A stretch of DNA of 64,000 nucleotides, from contig JARFYF010000052.1 of the NCBI GenBank assembly GCA_030265395.1, positions 57,416,372 to 57,480,371 on the forward strand, in the 5' to 3' direction. The DNA is from Rhina ancylostomus. Taxonomy: Eukaryota. The notes below the pieces were generated by a model. It was not told the origin of the DNA. It did no database searches and saw only the letters and a list, made by a program, of their open reading frames with translations. Every line of letters begins with the position of its first letter. Position 1 is the stretch's first letter. Positions 1 through 13,022 of this stretch are shown one piece after another. The translations under genes were made by a program, and so were the position numbers.

Positions 1-2059
1 TCCAAAACTTGTTATGATATTACTGGATAAGTTGCTAATCAATCAAAAGTAACAGTCTGTTCTTCCTCAGAGACTATGAAGCACTTGACTTCAAGCCGTC
101 TGATCCAGCAAGCATCAGCATGCAGCATGAGAGCTGATTCAAATTTGCATTATTTTGGCAGCCATAGTTAGAAGCTGGGCTACTGAAGAACAAGAATTAA
201 ACACCCCTTGGCTTATGCAGGATGGGTTTCTCCTGACCTTGGAAAGTTATTGTTACATTCACTAGCATTATGTGACCAAATTTTATCTAAAATAAATGTT
301 ACTGACTCAAGTCGAAAGATGAAAAGTTGATTCCATATCTGAATAGAGATAATGCAGCCTTAGGTCGAAGTTAAGTTGCTGCAAATGGATTTAATATGTT
401 TGACAGTGACACACATGCACATGAATGTTTAAGGATGATAAGAATTTTATAGTGATGTCAGTTGCTATATTAATCAGTAATTCCCAGTGATGTTTATAAC
501 TGGCAGCTATATGAAATCAATTCTCACTAATACAGCATCTTCCAGCTGCATAATGTTAAACGTTTTCCATTTGACTTCACTAAAAGCTGAAGTAAATGCA
601 CATTTTCCACATTTGAGCTCAAGGATCTTATTTTAGCTGCTGCATTTTTTCTTCAGTGCTCTGAAATTTGGAAACATTTGGAATATGAATAGTCTCTGAA
701 ATGTTTTGTTTAAGGTTTGGGCTGAACACTGATCTCAGTCTGTGACAGAGGTACTGATTCTAAATGATTTCACTATCTGCTACAACAAATACTCGGAGCT
801 AAATGGATAGCACTGGAAAATGGCCAGATGAAGTGCAATGCACAATTATCCCTTGCCCATTTGACACATAAGTTGTGCTGCATTCATATGAATTAAGCCA
901 CTGAATCTGATTACACAAGCAGCTAGTACCAGTTGAAGCTTGTTAGTCCTGACTAAAGCCATGCCTGCACTTCTTAAATGGGAGATGCTCACAGGAATGA
1001 TTTCCACCGCCAGGTGCAGGCACAGGTTTTTGGAGATGGGAGATCAGAAATGGAAGCAGGTTCCCCAATATTCCAACTCTGTAACTCTGAAGGCCTTGGG
1101 TAACAGGATGCACAAAAGGAGAGATCTTTTTCCACACAGAGTGTCTGGAAGTCTTTCAGGCAGCTGGTCAAGTAACAGTCAGAGGAGGAGGTAGCAAATG
1201 AGGTCGACATAAGGAGTCAAGTTACAAAGATATAGCCGCATTGCCACAATTAACTTAATGACCTCATATGTGTGGTGAAAGTCAGCAAATGCATCATTAA
1301 ATTCCAACTCCCACTAAGTACACCACTAGCTTTACACAAAGCTCCATTCAATAAGCCCTGTCACTCATCTACCAGCAATATATCAATCAGACCTCCTACA
1401 CAATATCCTGACACTTGCCACTGCCTCAAACCAAAACACACATCTTACAGCCTGCACTCTTAGTCAGAGAATCAAACANNNNNNNNNNCTAACAAACTTT
1501 GAAAAGCTAAAACAAAAACTGCAGATGCTGGAAATCAAAAATTACAGTCAACCCTTAATTTTCCCAGTGTACACTTTCCAGAAACATCACAGATTCTGAA
1601 AACTGCAAGTATTATTTTCACATTAAATATAGAAGTCAAAAGAAGGCACTGTGTGTATATGTAAAGTATCCTAATTAATAATGTAATGCTCATAAGAAAC
1701 TTTTCCTAATGTGTACTGATAAAACCTACTATGATCATATATTATCCTGGTATCTCTGCTGTTTGCTGCTACAGTGCTGCCCACTAGCTACCAGCTGCCC
1801 TGGATGGTGAGAAAGGTTCCCCTCCCCCCCCCACCCCACTCACTTTAAAATAACTTGTATGTTTCATCCGAATGGGAAAGGGAACCAGAGAGAGCGGATA
1901 CCAATTATCTGACGTATAGTAAATCACTTTCTCTATTAAANNNNNNNNNNNNNNNNNNNNNNNNNNNNNNNNNNNNNNNNNNNNNNNNNNNNNNNNNNNN
2001 NNNNNNNNNNNNNNNNNNNNNNNNNNNNNNNNNNNNNNNNNNNNNNNNNNNNNNNNNTG

Positions 2060-2185
2060 TAAATCAGGAAATGCTGGAAATACTCAGCAGATCAGATAAC
2101 ATCTGTAGAGAGGAAATGGAGATAATTTATCAATTCTTCTGCAGCACTGCCTGACCTGTCGAGTATTTCTAAGATTTCCTGTGTT
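2060..2185. mobile_element. Penelope-terminal-derived fold-back element
   Basis: caggaaatgctggaaatactcagcagatcag pairs imperfectly with ctgcctgacctgtcgagtatttctaagatttcctg. Both arms resemble the elasmobranch PLE terminal repeat. Confidence 0.6.
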
Positions 2186-3882
2186 TGTTATGAGAAGGTG
2201 GTGAGTAACCAGCAGCAACATCAGCCTGACAGGTCAACTAAGGTTCCACTATTCGCACCAATGGAGGGTACTACTGGGAGCCCACTTCTTATTCTGTGGC
2301 TGCAATATTGAATTTGTAAATGTGAACTCTGTACTGTACTTGTGCAAGTATTCATAGCAAACAGCAAGGGTTAATTAGGCTGATCAATATCTGGGGTTTC
2401 TCCAGTAATCTAACTCTGATTGTTGGCCTGAATGACACAAAGAGATCTAGTTCCGATTGTTAGTGTTAATGACCAAAATTTGTAGTCTTAACAATGGGCT
2501 TGAATGATATAGAGTACACAATTTTGAATGTCCATAGTCATGAGAGGTAATGTATCAGATCTATCCAACTTCATCACATTTGTAGATTTTAACTTCCACC
2601 AAATTTTATTTTAATTAACAATATATAGTTATTTTATCCATTTATGTAATTAAGTCTACAGATGGCTTCATGAAGTAGAACCACTAATGGGATAAGTCCA
2701 TGAGTATTAAGGCGTGAAGTATTTTACTAACACTTTCAGGTTCAGGTTAAAATACAAGATGTCAAACTGAACTCAACTGATCCAAAGTAAATTCTTCCAA
2801 ATTAATCCAAATATCCCTCCTTTGACCTGTTTAATTTTAATGGTCATTAGTGTAGCAATAACTTTAGTCAGAAAAATTATGTGACCAATGGGTAGCTATT
2901 TCAGGACAGTCAAAAGTATACCATGCTATCCTGGTAAAATAAATACTTTGATGATCCTGGTTTACAATTCTCGTCATTCTTGATTAAACACAGGTGCTTT
3001 TCCTTGAAATAAAATCCTATTTAGTCATTTCCGTCTAATTTAAAAAAAACAAACTTACATTTTAGATGAATAATAAGACAAATACACATTAGAAAGGATC
3101 ATTAAAGCCTAAAATATATTCTGTTTTATTTAATTTTAAGCCAGTAGTGATGTAACCTTGTCTGGTTTGGATTTAGTAACTATCACCATTAATAGAGTCA
3201 CTGTACATAAACTGAATTTTAAAAAAGCTGAAGATTGCATTATTTTAAAATAAAATGGGTTTAATAGTATTCACTTTGGGAATTTGGTGGAGCAAATTCA
3301 TTTCAATTTCCACAGTGTTGTCAGTAATATAAAAATTAGACCTTTTTGACAATGAACTAAAGATTCTGCCAGATTAAAGGCCAATGATAGAAATGAAATT
3401 TGGTCATAATATGATTAATTTCATCATTTATACACAGAGGGATCTTAACTTCATTACTGCAATAGATCAGCTTATACATTAATAAGAGCATTTTTCTGAC
3501 TGGTATTATAAACCAGGGCAATGTTTTGTTCTCAGTCCCTTTGACAGTTCCCACTATAGCACAACCTAGTATGTAACTGGGTTCCAATCTGCTCAAATGG
3601 CCTAAGCAGCTCATTATCACACATGAAAAAGATGCCCCATCATATCTGATATTGAATATGCNNNNNNNNNNNNNNNNNNNNNNNNNNNGGAAGCTGTCTA
3701 ACTTTTGTTCTTAGAGTGCATAAGTTGTCCTTGCTTCCCTGCCACATACTGTATATCGGTGCTAAGTATGCTAGATTGCCTGTGTGTATGTAAAATCATG
3801 GAATCACAAACACTTAGAGCATTTAATTTTGGCTCATTGTGCCCATTTTGACCAAAAATGAAACTTGTTAGATTATGCATTC

Positions 3883-4230
3883 ATAGATTAAAAGAGTCAT
3901 ACAGCACAGAAATGGGCCCTTCAGCCCAAATCATCCATGCCAGCTAAGATACTTTACTAGGCTAATTCCATTTGCCTGCAGTTGGCCCACATTCCCCTAA
4001 ACCTCGCCTATCCACGTACCTGTCCAAATGTTTTTTTTAGATGTAACTGTACCCACCTCTACTACCTCCTCTGGCAGCTTGTTCCAATATACCCACAAAC
4101 CTCTGTGTGAAAGGCTTGCCCATCAAATCCCCTTTAAAATCTTCCCCCTCTCACCTTAAGCCTATGCCCTTTAGTTTTAGACTCACCTACTCTAGGAAAA
4201 CAACTAAGTCTATCCAATCTTTGCTTATAA
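3883..4230 (-). mobile_element. CR1 LINE 3' end
   Basis: Reverse complement of the typical CR1/HER1 tail (catacagcacagaaatgggcccttcagccc...acctgtccaaatg...tcaccttaa). Confidence 0.8.
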
Positions 4231-4259
4231 CTCGAGCCCTCAAACCCTAACTTCTCCGC

Positions 4260-4900
4260 TTTTGGTCCACATCCATGTAAATGTTTATCCAAGTAAATTT
4301 TATCTGCAATGAGGGTTTCAACAATGAGTTCCTGAACCCAACTTGTTCCTGCTTGAAAAAGATTCCTCTACTCCCTTCTCATTATTCTATCAATTATGTT
4401 TAATCAATGAACCCTAGCTATATGCTTCTCTGCCAAGTGATCATGTCCCATTTCTATTCACCCTGTCTGCACCTCTCAATACTTCATTTAAATCTTCTTT
4501 ACTCCAACAAAGAACTGCCAAAGCTGGTCAGTCTCTTCAAAACTATAACTTTCTAGCCAAGGCCGTGACGTAATCCACACCAATTATTCTGCACTCTTCC
4601 GAGTGCTGCCCCATCCTTCCTGCAGTGTGGTGACAAGACTTATATACTGTACCCAAGCTGGAATGTTTTGGCTTGTTCTTATATTCAGTGTCAAGATTAT
4701 AAAGCGGTATCCTATATACCTTTAACCACCTTGTCTACCTGCCCTACTACCTTCAGAGACCTCCAGCTATGCACACCAAGATCCCTCTTAGTCTCCAACC
4801 ATTTACTGTGTATCCTTTTGCCTTGTTTTTCCTCCCCTAATGTATTTACCTCAGATTCCTCAGGATTGAATTCTATTTGTAACTTTGTGCCCTCCTCATT
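4260..4900 (-). mobile_element. Old degenerate CR1 fragment
   Basis: ccatccttcctgcagtgtggtgac (reverse complement of the SPHYRKD-like motif) and accaccttgtctacctgccct are CR1 RT C-terminal signatures. Confidence 0.6.
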
Positions 4901-6039
4901 TGTTAATTTTTAACTTTAGTAACTCCAAACAAAATATGATTAATTCAAAGAGAACACCGCAGAAGGTTCATTTTACATTCAGCATATTACATATGTGCAA
5001 CTACTGAAAAGCTATTTGCATTCTTACATAATGCAAGGTAGATAACCAAGCGATTTTCAGTTATTATTGTCAGCTATACATTACAAATTGACTTTAAGAA
5101 ATGATAAATTATTTTTAAGCATGCATGATTCAGGGTAGAGAGCATCATATCAGCACTTGTTGGTCTTTCCCACAACTCTTCTTTCACTTACTTTATTTCC
5201 ACTTTTAATTGATTTGTCATTTCCTCCTGGTCTTGTACAAGAAAGCAACTCTTGCTTTGCTATGCTTCATTCAATTAAGCATTTTTTTATATCTTAAATT
5301 CATTCAATTGATGGAACTTAAGTATGCTGATCTTTCTCTGAAGCTTGCCTCTGTTCTCTCGTCAGAGATCACCACCATCTTTGAGAGAACATCCCTTCAT
5401 AACTCAGCAATTTCCATTTTGGAGAATTCACCTTTCTGTAATTTCTGCAACTTCTCATAGTGAATAACTGATAAAGCACATCTGGTTTGCTGCCCTATTC
5501 CAAGGGTCAAGAGACTCATTTCCTGCTTGTTAAAGTGATGAACTGTGATTATAGTGGCTAAATTCTGATTGGATGGTTGAGATTCCCTCATGCTGTTCTT
5601 GATCAGAAAATGCTGTGTTGCTGTCTGAGTTGTACTCTCACAGTTAATGCAGAATACAACTGTACAATGGGTTTTAATGTCTGATGACCACAAATCTCCC
5701 CACACTGCTATATCTGAAGAATAATTGACCTTTAAAGATAACCATAAAGTAATAAAATGTACTATAGCATTTTGCAAAATCTTAATTATACAAATAAGTT
5801 AAATTAAATTGAGGGAGCTTTTAGTTAATTACTTCCTGCCTGCACATCTTGACTTGCTTTATCCTTACTAATTTTTCCACCAGACCTGTTCATTCAGCAG
5901 ATCATATTTCAGTCCAGTTTCCAGCAGTCTTTCAGACGAATGCAAGATTCACATCAAATTTCCCCAACTCCATCAGCAACTTGGAATACTAAAACAGGAC
6001 AAACTGGTAACAGTGGAACTTCATCTTACTTATTATTTT

Positions 6040-6278
6040 ACAGCATAGACCATACCAATTCCCTACTGAGCAATCCCATCTGTCCCATTCCTCCTTTACT
6101 TACTTTCCCTGCAGTTTGTTTTTCTTTCTTTCTCTTTCTCTATCCCTATATCTCTCTGTATATCTCTGTATATCTCTCTCATGCCCATCAATTCTCCTTT
6201 GGTTCCTTTTCATCACTTACCTTCAATAAAGGGTAAATTACTGTAGCCAATTAATCTACCGGCATGTTTTTGGGAGTT
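6040..6278 (-). mobile_element. HE1/V-SINE 3' part, interrupted by a Rex element
   Basis: gggtaaattactgtagccaattaatctacc...tttttgggag is the reverse complement of the V-SINE core. Confidence 0.6.
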
Positions 6279-6680
6279 GTCAAAGTTGAGTTTATTGTCA
6301 TATACACAAGTATATGTATGCACAGGTGCAATGCAGCAGCATCACAGGCACATAGCGTCATATAAGCAGCATTCACAGGAAAAACATAATTTAAACATAA
6401 ATTATACAAGAAAAAACACAATTAGAACAAAAAAAAGCTAAGTCCATTGTAGTGCAAAGAAGTCATAGCGTTGCTATACTGAGGTCACAACTGGGATTAC
6501 GCAAGTTAGTTCAAGAACTGAATGGTTGAAACTGATGTTGTAGGACTTTAGGCTTCTGTGCCTCCTGCCCGATGGTAGGTGTGAGAAGATGACATGGCCC
6601 AGATGGTGGGGATCTTTGATGATAGATGTTGCCTTCTTGAGGCAGTGCCTTATGTAGATACTTTCAATGATGAGGAGGGA
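6279..6680 (-). mobile_element. Rex1/Babar-type LINE 3' end
   Basis: The minus strand reads ...CLKKATSIIKDPHHLGH..LPSGRR.., and the tail appears on + as tcaaagttgagtttattgtcat. Confidence 0.75.
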
Positions 6681-7229
6681 GTTATGAACCTAACTGAACA
6701 AAATAAATTATTCCCACATGTCTAGAGCAAAGAATGTCACTGCAGAAAGAGAGAGATAGATTATGATATTTTTGATGTCTAGCCTTTATGAGCATGGAAG
6801 GCACAAGTCAGTAGCCCCAATCTTTTTCTCTAGATTCTAAGTATCTGCTGTGTATTTCCAGCATTCTTAATCAATCCTTTTAATGTTCAGTTTATGCCAA
6901 TAATGATTAACAGTGAGGCCACATATCCTTCCAATGTTCTTGACCACTGGGTTAAGGCAGTCAAAAACAAAGAAAATTGTCCACATGGTTTTGTTTTGCC
7001 CATATTTAGCAAGTATACATATGAACATACAGACAGTAATAGATAAAAAGCTCTGATGATCTCTCCAGTTTGTCTGACATAAGTGCAACATGCACTTTAC
7101 AATGCAGATATTTTTGTCTACTCTATCTGGAAGCCAAGTAATTTCTTAAGAAGTGAAAATCCAAGTTAAAGAGCCAAGGCAAATAGGGGAAACAAATCTT
7201 AAAACCAAAAAAAACATTGCATACTTGCC

Positions 7230-7420
7230 CCCTCACCTAGATCCACCTATCACCTGCCAGCTTTTGCTCCACCCCTTCCCTCCACCTTTTTATACTGGCT
7301 ATCTCCCTTCTTTCTTTCAGTCCAGATGAAGGATCTTGACCCAAGGTGTTGACTGTCCGTTTCACTCCATTGGTGCTGCCTGGCCCACCAAGTTCCTCCA
7401 GCTGTTTGTGTGTTGCATAT
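7230..7420 (+). mobile_element. Penelope-like element 3' terminal repeat with a decayed hammerhead motif
   Basis: cacctatcacctgccag...cagtccagatgaaggatcttgacccaaggtgttgactg...gttcctccagc...tgtgttgc. Confidence 0.75.
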
Positions 7421-7927
7421 TGTGTACTTGCACCTTTTCTGTTTATGTACATAAGAACATAAGGATAAGAAGTGATCATTCAACTCACCATACTCTCCTG
7501 TAATGCACACATATAAGAAATTTATTCAAAGGCTTCTCCCTATCCAGGATAATATATAGGTCACTGGCACCCCAATTTGTTCATCCATCCAAGGAAATTA
7601 CTATTGGTAGTGGTTATCTTTAAAGGAGATCTTCATCCTTTACCAAAATCAAGGAGAAATGAATTTCAGGCAAGTATTAACACTTTATGTATCAATGGAA
7701 TTTTGGGAATCCTGTTTGTGTAAAAACATTGAACCTGAAGGTTATGTGCAGCATTGATCACCAGGGGTGGGGAACCATAGCTATAATGAGAATCTTGAAC
7801 CACTTCCCACTGAAACAGAGAAAGTAAAGAGGAGATTCAAGCTTTACTTTAGAATTATGAAGTGTTATTATAATGCAAATAGAGAAACTTGGTTGGTGAC
7901 AAAGTGGCATAGTATTGTCAATTTTAA

Positions 7928-8155
7928 GGAGACACAAGAGACTGCAGATGCCGGAATCTGGAGTAGCAAACAATCTGCTGGAGGAACTCAGTGGATTGGG
8001 CAACATCTATGGGAGGAAAGAAATTGTCAATGTTCCAGATCAAAACCCTGCAACAGATCCTGATTCGTGGTTTCTACCCAAAAAATCAACAATTCTTTTC
8101 CTCCCACAAATACTGTTCACTCCACTGAGTTCCTCCAGCAGATTGCTTATTGCTA
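7928..8155. mobile_element. Palindromic non-autonomous Penelope-derived element
   Basis: Perfect 25-bp inverted repeat 7971-7995 / 8121-8145, inner arms 8010-8027 / 8089-8106, and the PLE terminus ggagacacaagagactgcagatgccggaatc. Confidence 0.8.
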
Positions 8156-10369
8156 TCATCAACTTTAAATTATGAGTAAAGAAAAAAAGTGATGGAGATG
8201 GAAAGTCTTCACTTATTTGGTTGTTAAAACATGGAATGCTTCATAGATCATAGGTCCAAGAAGAACCATTACTTCCCTTAAGAAAATAAACTAAATAAAT
8301 AGAAGAGTGAAAAGGAGAGAATATGGCAGTGGGATTGGTTTTGCATTGACCCAGGAAAAAGGCATTATTTTACTTCCTCCTCTGCCTTAGATTTCTGTGC
8401 CCTCTCTTATATCTCGTTCTTTTACCTTAGTGAATTGATCTTTTCTAGATTGTTACCAGCTTATGGTGTTTAATTATATTACTATTTTTGATTTTTTTGG
8501 AATTGGCGTTTGAGTGCATGTTATAAGAAAAGCACATATTAAATCTGTACTTTTCCAAAATTACATCAAAATTCATCACTTACTATATAAGTAGTAGAAC
8601 AAAGCTTCGGTTAAGTCCGTAGAAAAAAATTGATGTAAGTGAGATCAATGATGGATGCAATGCTTGATTCCAAAACAATACCAGATAATAAGGATGTCCA
8701 GCCGTGGGAAGGTCTGGAAAATATGTCATTCCTGACTGGCTATGTGTCCAAAATACTTTATTAAGATATCATAATTTACTAATTTGATGTCCAGCTGGCA
8801 CCAAGCACTCTGCAAAGTAATATTTCAGGCTCTTGAGCTTCCATCATTTTTTAAAATGTAAATAAATGATAAAAAGTACTTGCCTATGCACTTTTACCAT
8901 ACTTTAGTAATTTGCCTCTATTTGCCTCTATTCTCTAGAGTTCACAAATCAATATTGGTTTTGCAATAGCATTCATGACAGTTATTTTAAATAAATTGCA
9001 AATTAATAAAGTTGACTTCCAGAAAGACTAATTAGATACTGTGCTTTGAACTGAAAAAGCCTTTATCAAATGATTTGCAAGTTTTTACTGATAAAAAGAG
9101 TTGATTAAAAAGCCAGGCTAGCATGGAAATGCAGCCCTTTCCAGGGGAAAGCAGACAAATTAACTCACTCAGGAGTCTGCTGTTAATTTTTCAAGCTGTG
9201 AAAAACAGATCTGAGCCTATTTATTGCCCAGGCTATAAGAGGATAGGGGTTCAGAGCCTTGCTGAATAGACCACCTCTGCCACAGGGAGGAATCCAGATG
9301 AGGTCAACCCGGCACCCTCTATTTCCTGTCCCAGAGACATTCCTGATAAACATGAATGTTGTAAACTCTTTGAAAATCTCATGGGAATGCTTTCTGGTAT
9401 TTATGCACCATTGACCCTTTTTAACTTAATTATGCACTCGTGCTTTCATGTTTATTTACATAACACTAGTTACAAGTATTTTAAGACTCTTAAACTGCAT
9501 TAGAAATGAGAAGTGAGATGTACTGACTGGTGTATTGTTGAGCACCCTTAACTGCTCCTCTCTGAGATGTTACTTTGCCCATCGCAAAATATAATCTGAT
9601 GTATCTAAAGCCAACCTTTGTTTTAGTTCCTTTTCTTAATCTCAGATTTAGATATTTTCACCTGGGTTCCATCACTCTTTCTACAAAAGAGTATTCCAGG
9701 ATCTTAATATTGGTACTCTATTATCATAATCATCCTTTACAAATGGAGACAGAGGTACTTTGAGGTAACTTTTCTTTGAACGTTGTAAATCAAGGTGTGA
9801 AATTTAATATTATATCTTCACATAAAGACAGAGTTCATTCATTTTAGCCTCTGTGTGGTTCAAATGGCATCTAGGTTTTTTATTAGAGACTACCAGTGCT
9901 GGCTGTCAGTAGCCTACCTGATGATCCTGATGATGGTACATTGCATTAGATCACACCTACTCATCTTTCCCTTTCACAGAATATAGAGGAAAACAAAATA
10001 AATGTACTTCAGGCAGAATGAGTGGAAGTGAAATTACCTGGAGAAAGATTTCTTCTGTCGCTTTACTGTAATGAAACTGAGCACCTATTTATAAAACACA
10101 TCATTAAAATGAAACCCTATACTTAAAAGCACAGAGGAACGTCTTTTTAAAATGTATCTAGTCATACCCAGCTTTGTACATATATGGAAAGATCTTGGAT
10201 GATTCCAGTTCCCAAAAGCTTCCACAGAAAACACATTCAGGATGATTTTCCTTTTGCTGTAGCTGAGGAATACTACATTCCTATAAACAACGTAGAGGAG
10301 ATGAGGGGACAAGATTTCCTGGAGTTCTTCAAACTCATGCCTTGGCTTTAGATAGTGTGTGATAAATCC

Positions 10370-10830
10370 TTGAAAATAGGGACATTTAAGAGACTCTTAG
10401 ATAGACACATGAATGATAGAGAAATAGGGGTCTATGTGGGAGGGAAGGGTTAGATAGATCTTAGAGCAGGGTAAAATGTCGGCACAACATTGTGGGCCAA
10501 GGAGCCTCTACAGTGTTGTAGTGTGCTATGTTCTATAATATTCTAAACCTTGATAAAAGACAAAAATTGCTAAGTACTGAGGGGCAAGTTTTTCACTCAG
10601 AGGGTGGTGACTATTTGGAACGAGCTGCCAGAGAACGTGGTGGAGGCAGATGCAATTATAAAGTTTTAAAGATGTTTGGAAGGTACTTGGACAGGAAAGA
10701 CATAGAGGGATACAAGCCTAATGTGGGCAAATAGTATTAGCTTAGCAAGGCATCACAGTCAGAATGGATGAAGTGGGCCAAAAGAGTCTATTTCTATGCT
10801 GTACATTTCTATGATTCTTTAATTCTATGA
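10370..10830 (+). mobile_element. Two adjacent CR1 3' tails
   Basis: gacatttaagagactcttagatagacacatg...tgtgctatgttcta, followed by ggggcaagtttttcactcagagggtggtg...tttctatgattct. Confidence 0.8.
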
Positions 10831-11357
10831 ATACTAAGTAAATACACAAAAGAGATAGTACACCTTAATGTGTGTTTGGCAGCTTCAACTAAAACCAGTA
10901 GATACCATTGTTGATACCACTGTTGTAGACATGCTTGTGGTTATTCAACAATTTCTATTGGACACCACTGCCTTATAAGTTCAACAATCAGCAATGGCGC
11001 ATTGCCCAGAGGTCAAAATGAACATCTTTATTACTTTCAGTTGCTCACTAGAATTGGCATAAAGCCTATAGCTTTCAGATCGAAGAAGATATAACACACT
11101 CTTGGACAATGTGTTTTATGGTCTGAGATGTGAATCAGATTTATTGAAAGAAAGCATTTGCAGAAAGTCAATACAGCAGGTTTCCATTGATTACAAAGCA
11201 TTTAATTTTCACCTCTAACACAAAACTACTATTTTAATAAATCTTCTAATAATTCTGACTTTGGATCTGCATTTGAGCAAAGATTCAGACAAGTGGTTTC
11301 CTCTACTGCCACGTGCTCATGTTTGGATAGTATACAGTAAAGTCTTCCCCTTAACTG

Positions 11358-11800
11358 GGGAGACACAAGAGACTGCAGATGCTGGAATCTGGAGCAAAAA
11401 CCAAAGTACTGGAAGAACTCAGTGGCTCAAGCAGCATCTGTGAATGCAAAAGCGATGTGTTGAAATTTTGTGTTAAGACTCTGCATCAAGATTTGGGGGA
11501 GGGGGAGGGACAGGGACAGGGGGAAGGGAATGATAGCCAGTATACATACGTATGGGGGAGGGGNNNNNNNNNNNNGAGATGGAGCCAGGCTGGGGAGGGA
11601 GGTGGGGTGGGTTGGTGGGGGGAGATGAGGGTTGGAAAAGGTAAACAAAAGGAGAAAGAACATGGGTGGACCAGTAGGATAGGAAAGGAACACAGGAGGT
11701 GTGGGTTACCTGAAATTGGAAAATTTACCGTTGAGCTGCAGGCTACGCAAGCAGAATATGTGTTGTTTTTCTAGTCTGTGTTTGGCCTTACCGTAAGGGA
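11358..11800 (-). mobile_element. Penelope-like element 3' end (GIY-YIG C-terminus plus terminal repeat)
   Basis: The minus ORF ...AKHRLEKQHIFCLRSLQLNGKFSNFR resembles the PLE endonuclease C-terminus (RKLEEQHLIFRLGTLQP.GLN.EF.NF). The terminal repeat is as at 7928. Confidence 0.8.
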
Positions 11801-11819
11801 AAGGGGGATAGAGCGTAAG

Positions 11820-12130
11820 ATGTGACTGATGATGAGATCGTATCATGCTTTGCATTTTCCACCAGCTCCAACAGGATCCCACCACCAATCACATCTTACC
11901 TACTCCCTGCCCACTCCTGCCTCCTCAACCTTCTGCTCTCTGCAAGAACCACTCTCCCCATATCTCCCTGGTCCACTCATCCCTCCCCACTCACCCCTCC
12001 ATATCCCCTGGCACTTTGCCCTGCAAACATAGGAGGAGCAAACTTTGTCCCAACACCTCCTCCTCACCACTATCCAGGGACCTAAACAGCCCTTCTAGAT
12101 GAGGCAGAGATTCATGTGCACCTCCTCCCC
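11820..12130 (+). mobile_element. Penelope-like element internal fragment (RT-to-endonuclease linker), inverted relative to the adjacent 3' end
   Basis: Frameshifted peptides FHQLQQDPTTNHI..., SLVHSS, PGTLPCKHRRSKLCP and IQGPKQ...RQRFMCTSS are typical of the PLE Cys-rich linker. Confidence 0.75.
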
Positions 12131-12132
12131 CA

Positions 12133-13022
12133 TTTTAGAGGTGTATAAAATGTTGAGAGGGATAGATACAGTAGATAGCCAGCGCCTCTGTCCCAGGGCA
12201 CCAATGCTCAAGACAAGAGGGCATGGATTTAAAATAATGGGGGGGGATGTTCAGGGGGNNNNNNNNNNNNNNNNNNNNNNNNNNNNNNNNNNNNNNNNNN
12301 NNNNNNNNNNNNNNNNNNNNNNNNNNNNNNNNNNNNNNNNNNNNNNNNNNNNNNNNNNNNNNNNNNNNNNNNNNNNNNNNNNNNNNNNNNNNNNNNNNNN
12401 NNNNNNNNNNNNNNNNNNNNNNNNNNNNNNNNNNNNNNNNNNNNNNNNNNNNNNNNNNNNNNNNNNNNNNNNNNNNNNNNNNNNNNNNNNNNNNNNNNNN
12501 NNNNNNNNNNNNNNNNNNNNNNNNNNNNNNNNNNNNNNNNNNNNNNNNNNNNNNNNNNNNNNNNNNNNNNNNNNNNNNNNNNNNNNNNNNNNNNNNNNNN
12601 NNNNNNNNNNNNNNNNNNNNNNNNNNNNNNNNNNNNNNNNNNNNNNNNNNNNNNNNNNNNNNNNNNNNNNNNNNNNNNNNNNNNNNNNNNNNNNNNNNNN
12701 NNNNNNNNNNNNNNNNNNNNNNNNNNNNNNNNNNNNNNNNNNNNNNNNNNNNNNNNNNNNNNNNNNNNNNNNNNNNNNNNNNNNNNNNNNNNNNNNNNNN
12801 NNNNNNNNNNNNNNNNNNNNNNNNNNNNNNNNNNNNNNNNNNNNNNNNNNNNNNNNNNNNNNNNNNNNNNNNNNNNNNNNNNNNGGGAAATGGTAGGATA
12901 TGGACATTGTGTAAGCAGAAGGGATTAGTTTAGTTGGGCATTTTATTACTAATGTAATTGGTTCGGCACAACATTGTGGGCCAAAGGGCATGTTCCTGAG
13001 CTCTACTGTTCCATGTTCTATA
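12133..13022 (+). mobile_element. CR1 3' region (gapped)
   Basis: EVYKMLRGIDTVDSQRLCP..KTRGHGFK before the gap, and the CR1 tail gggccaaagggcatgttcctgagctctactgttccatgttcta after it. Confidence 0.8.

Noticed and set aside
940-1210. Overlapping short ORFs in a slightly GC-richer patch
   Set aside because: No recognisable protein motif or convincing splice sites.
5397-5777. 126-aa minus-strand ORF
   Set aside because: Non-ATG start, no recognisable homology, and composition typical of random AT-rich DNA.
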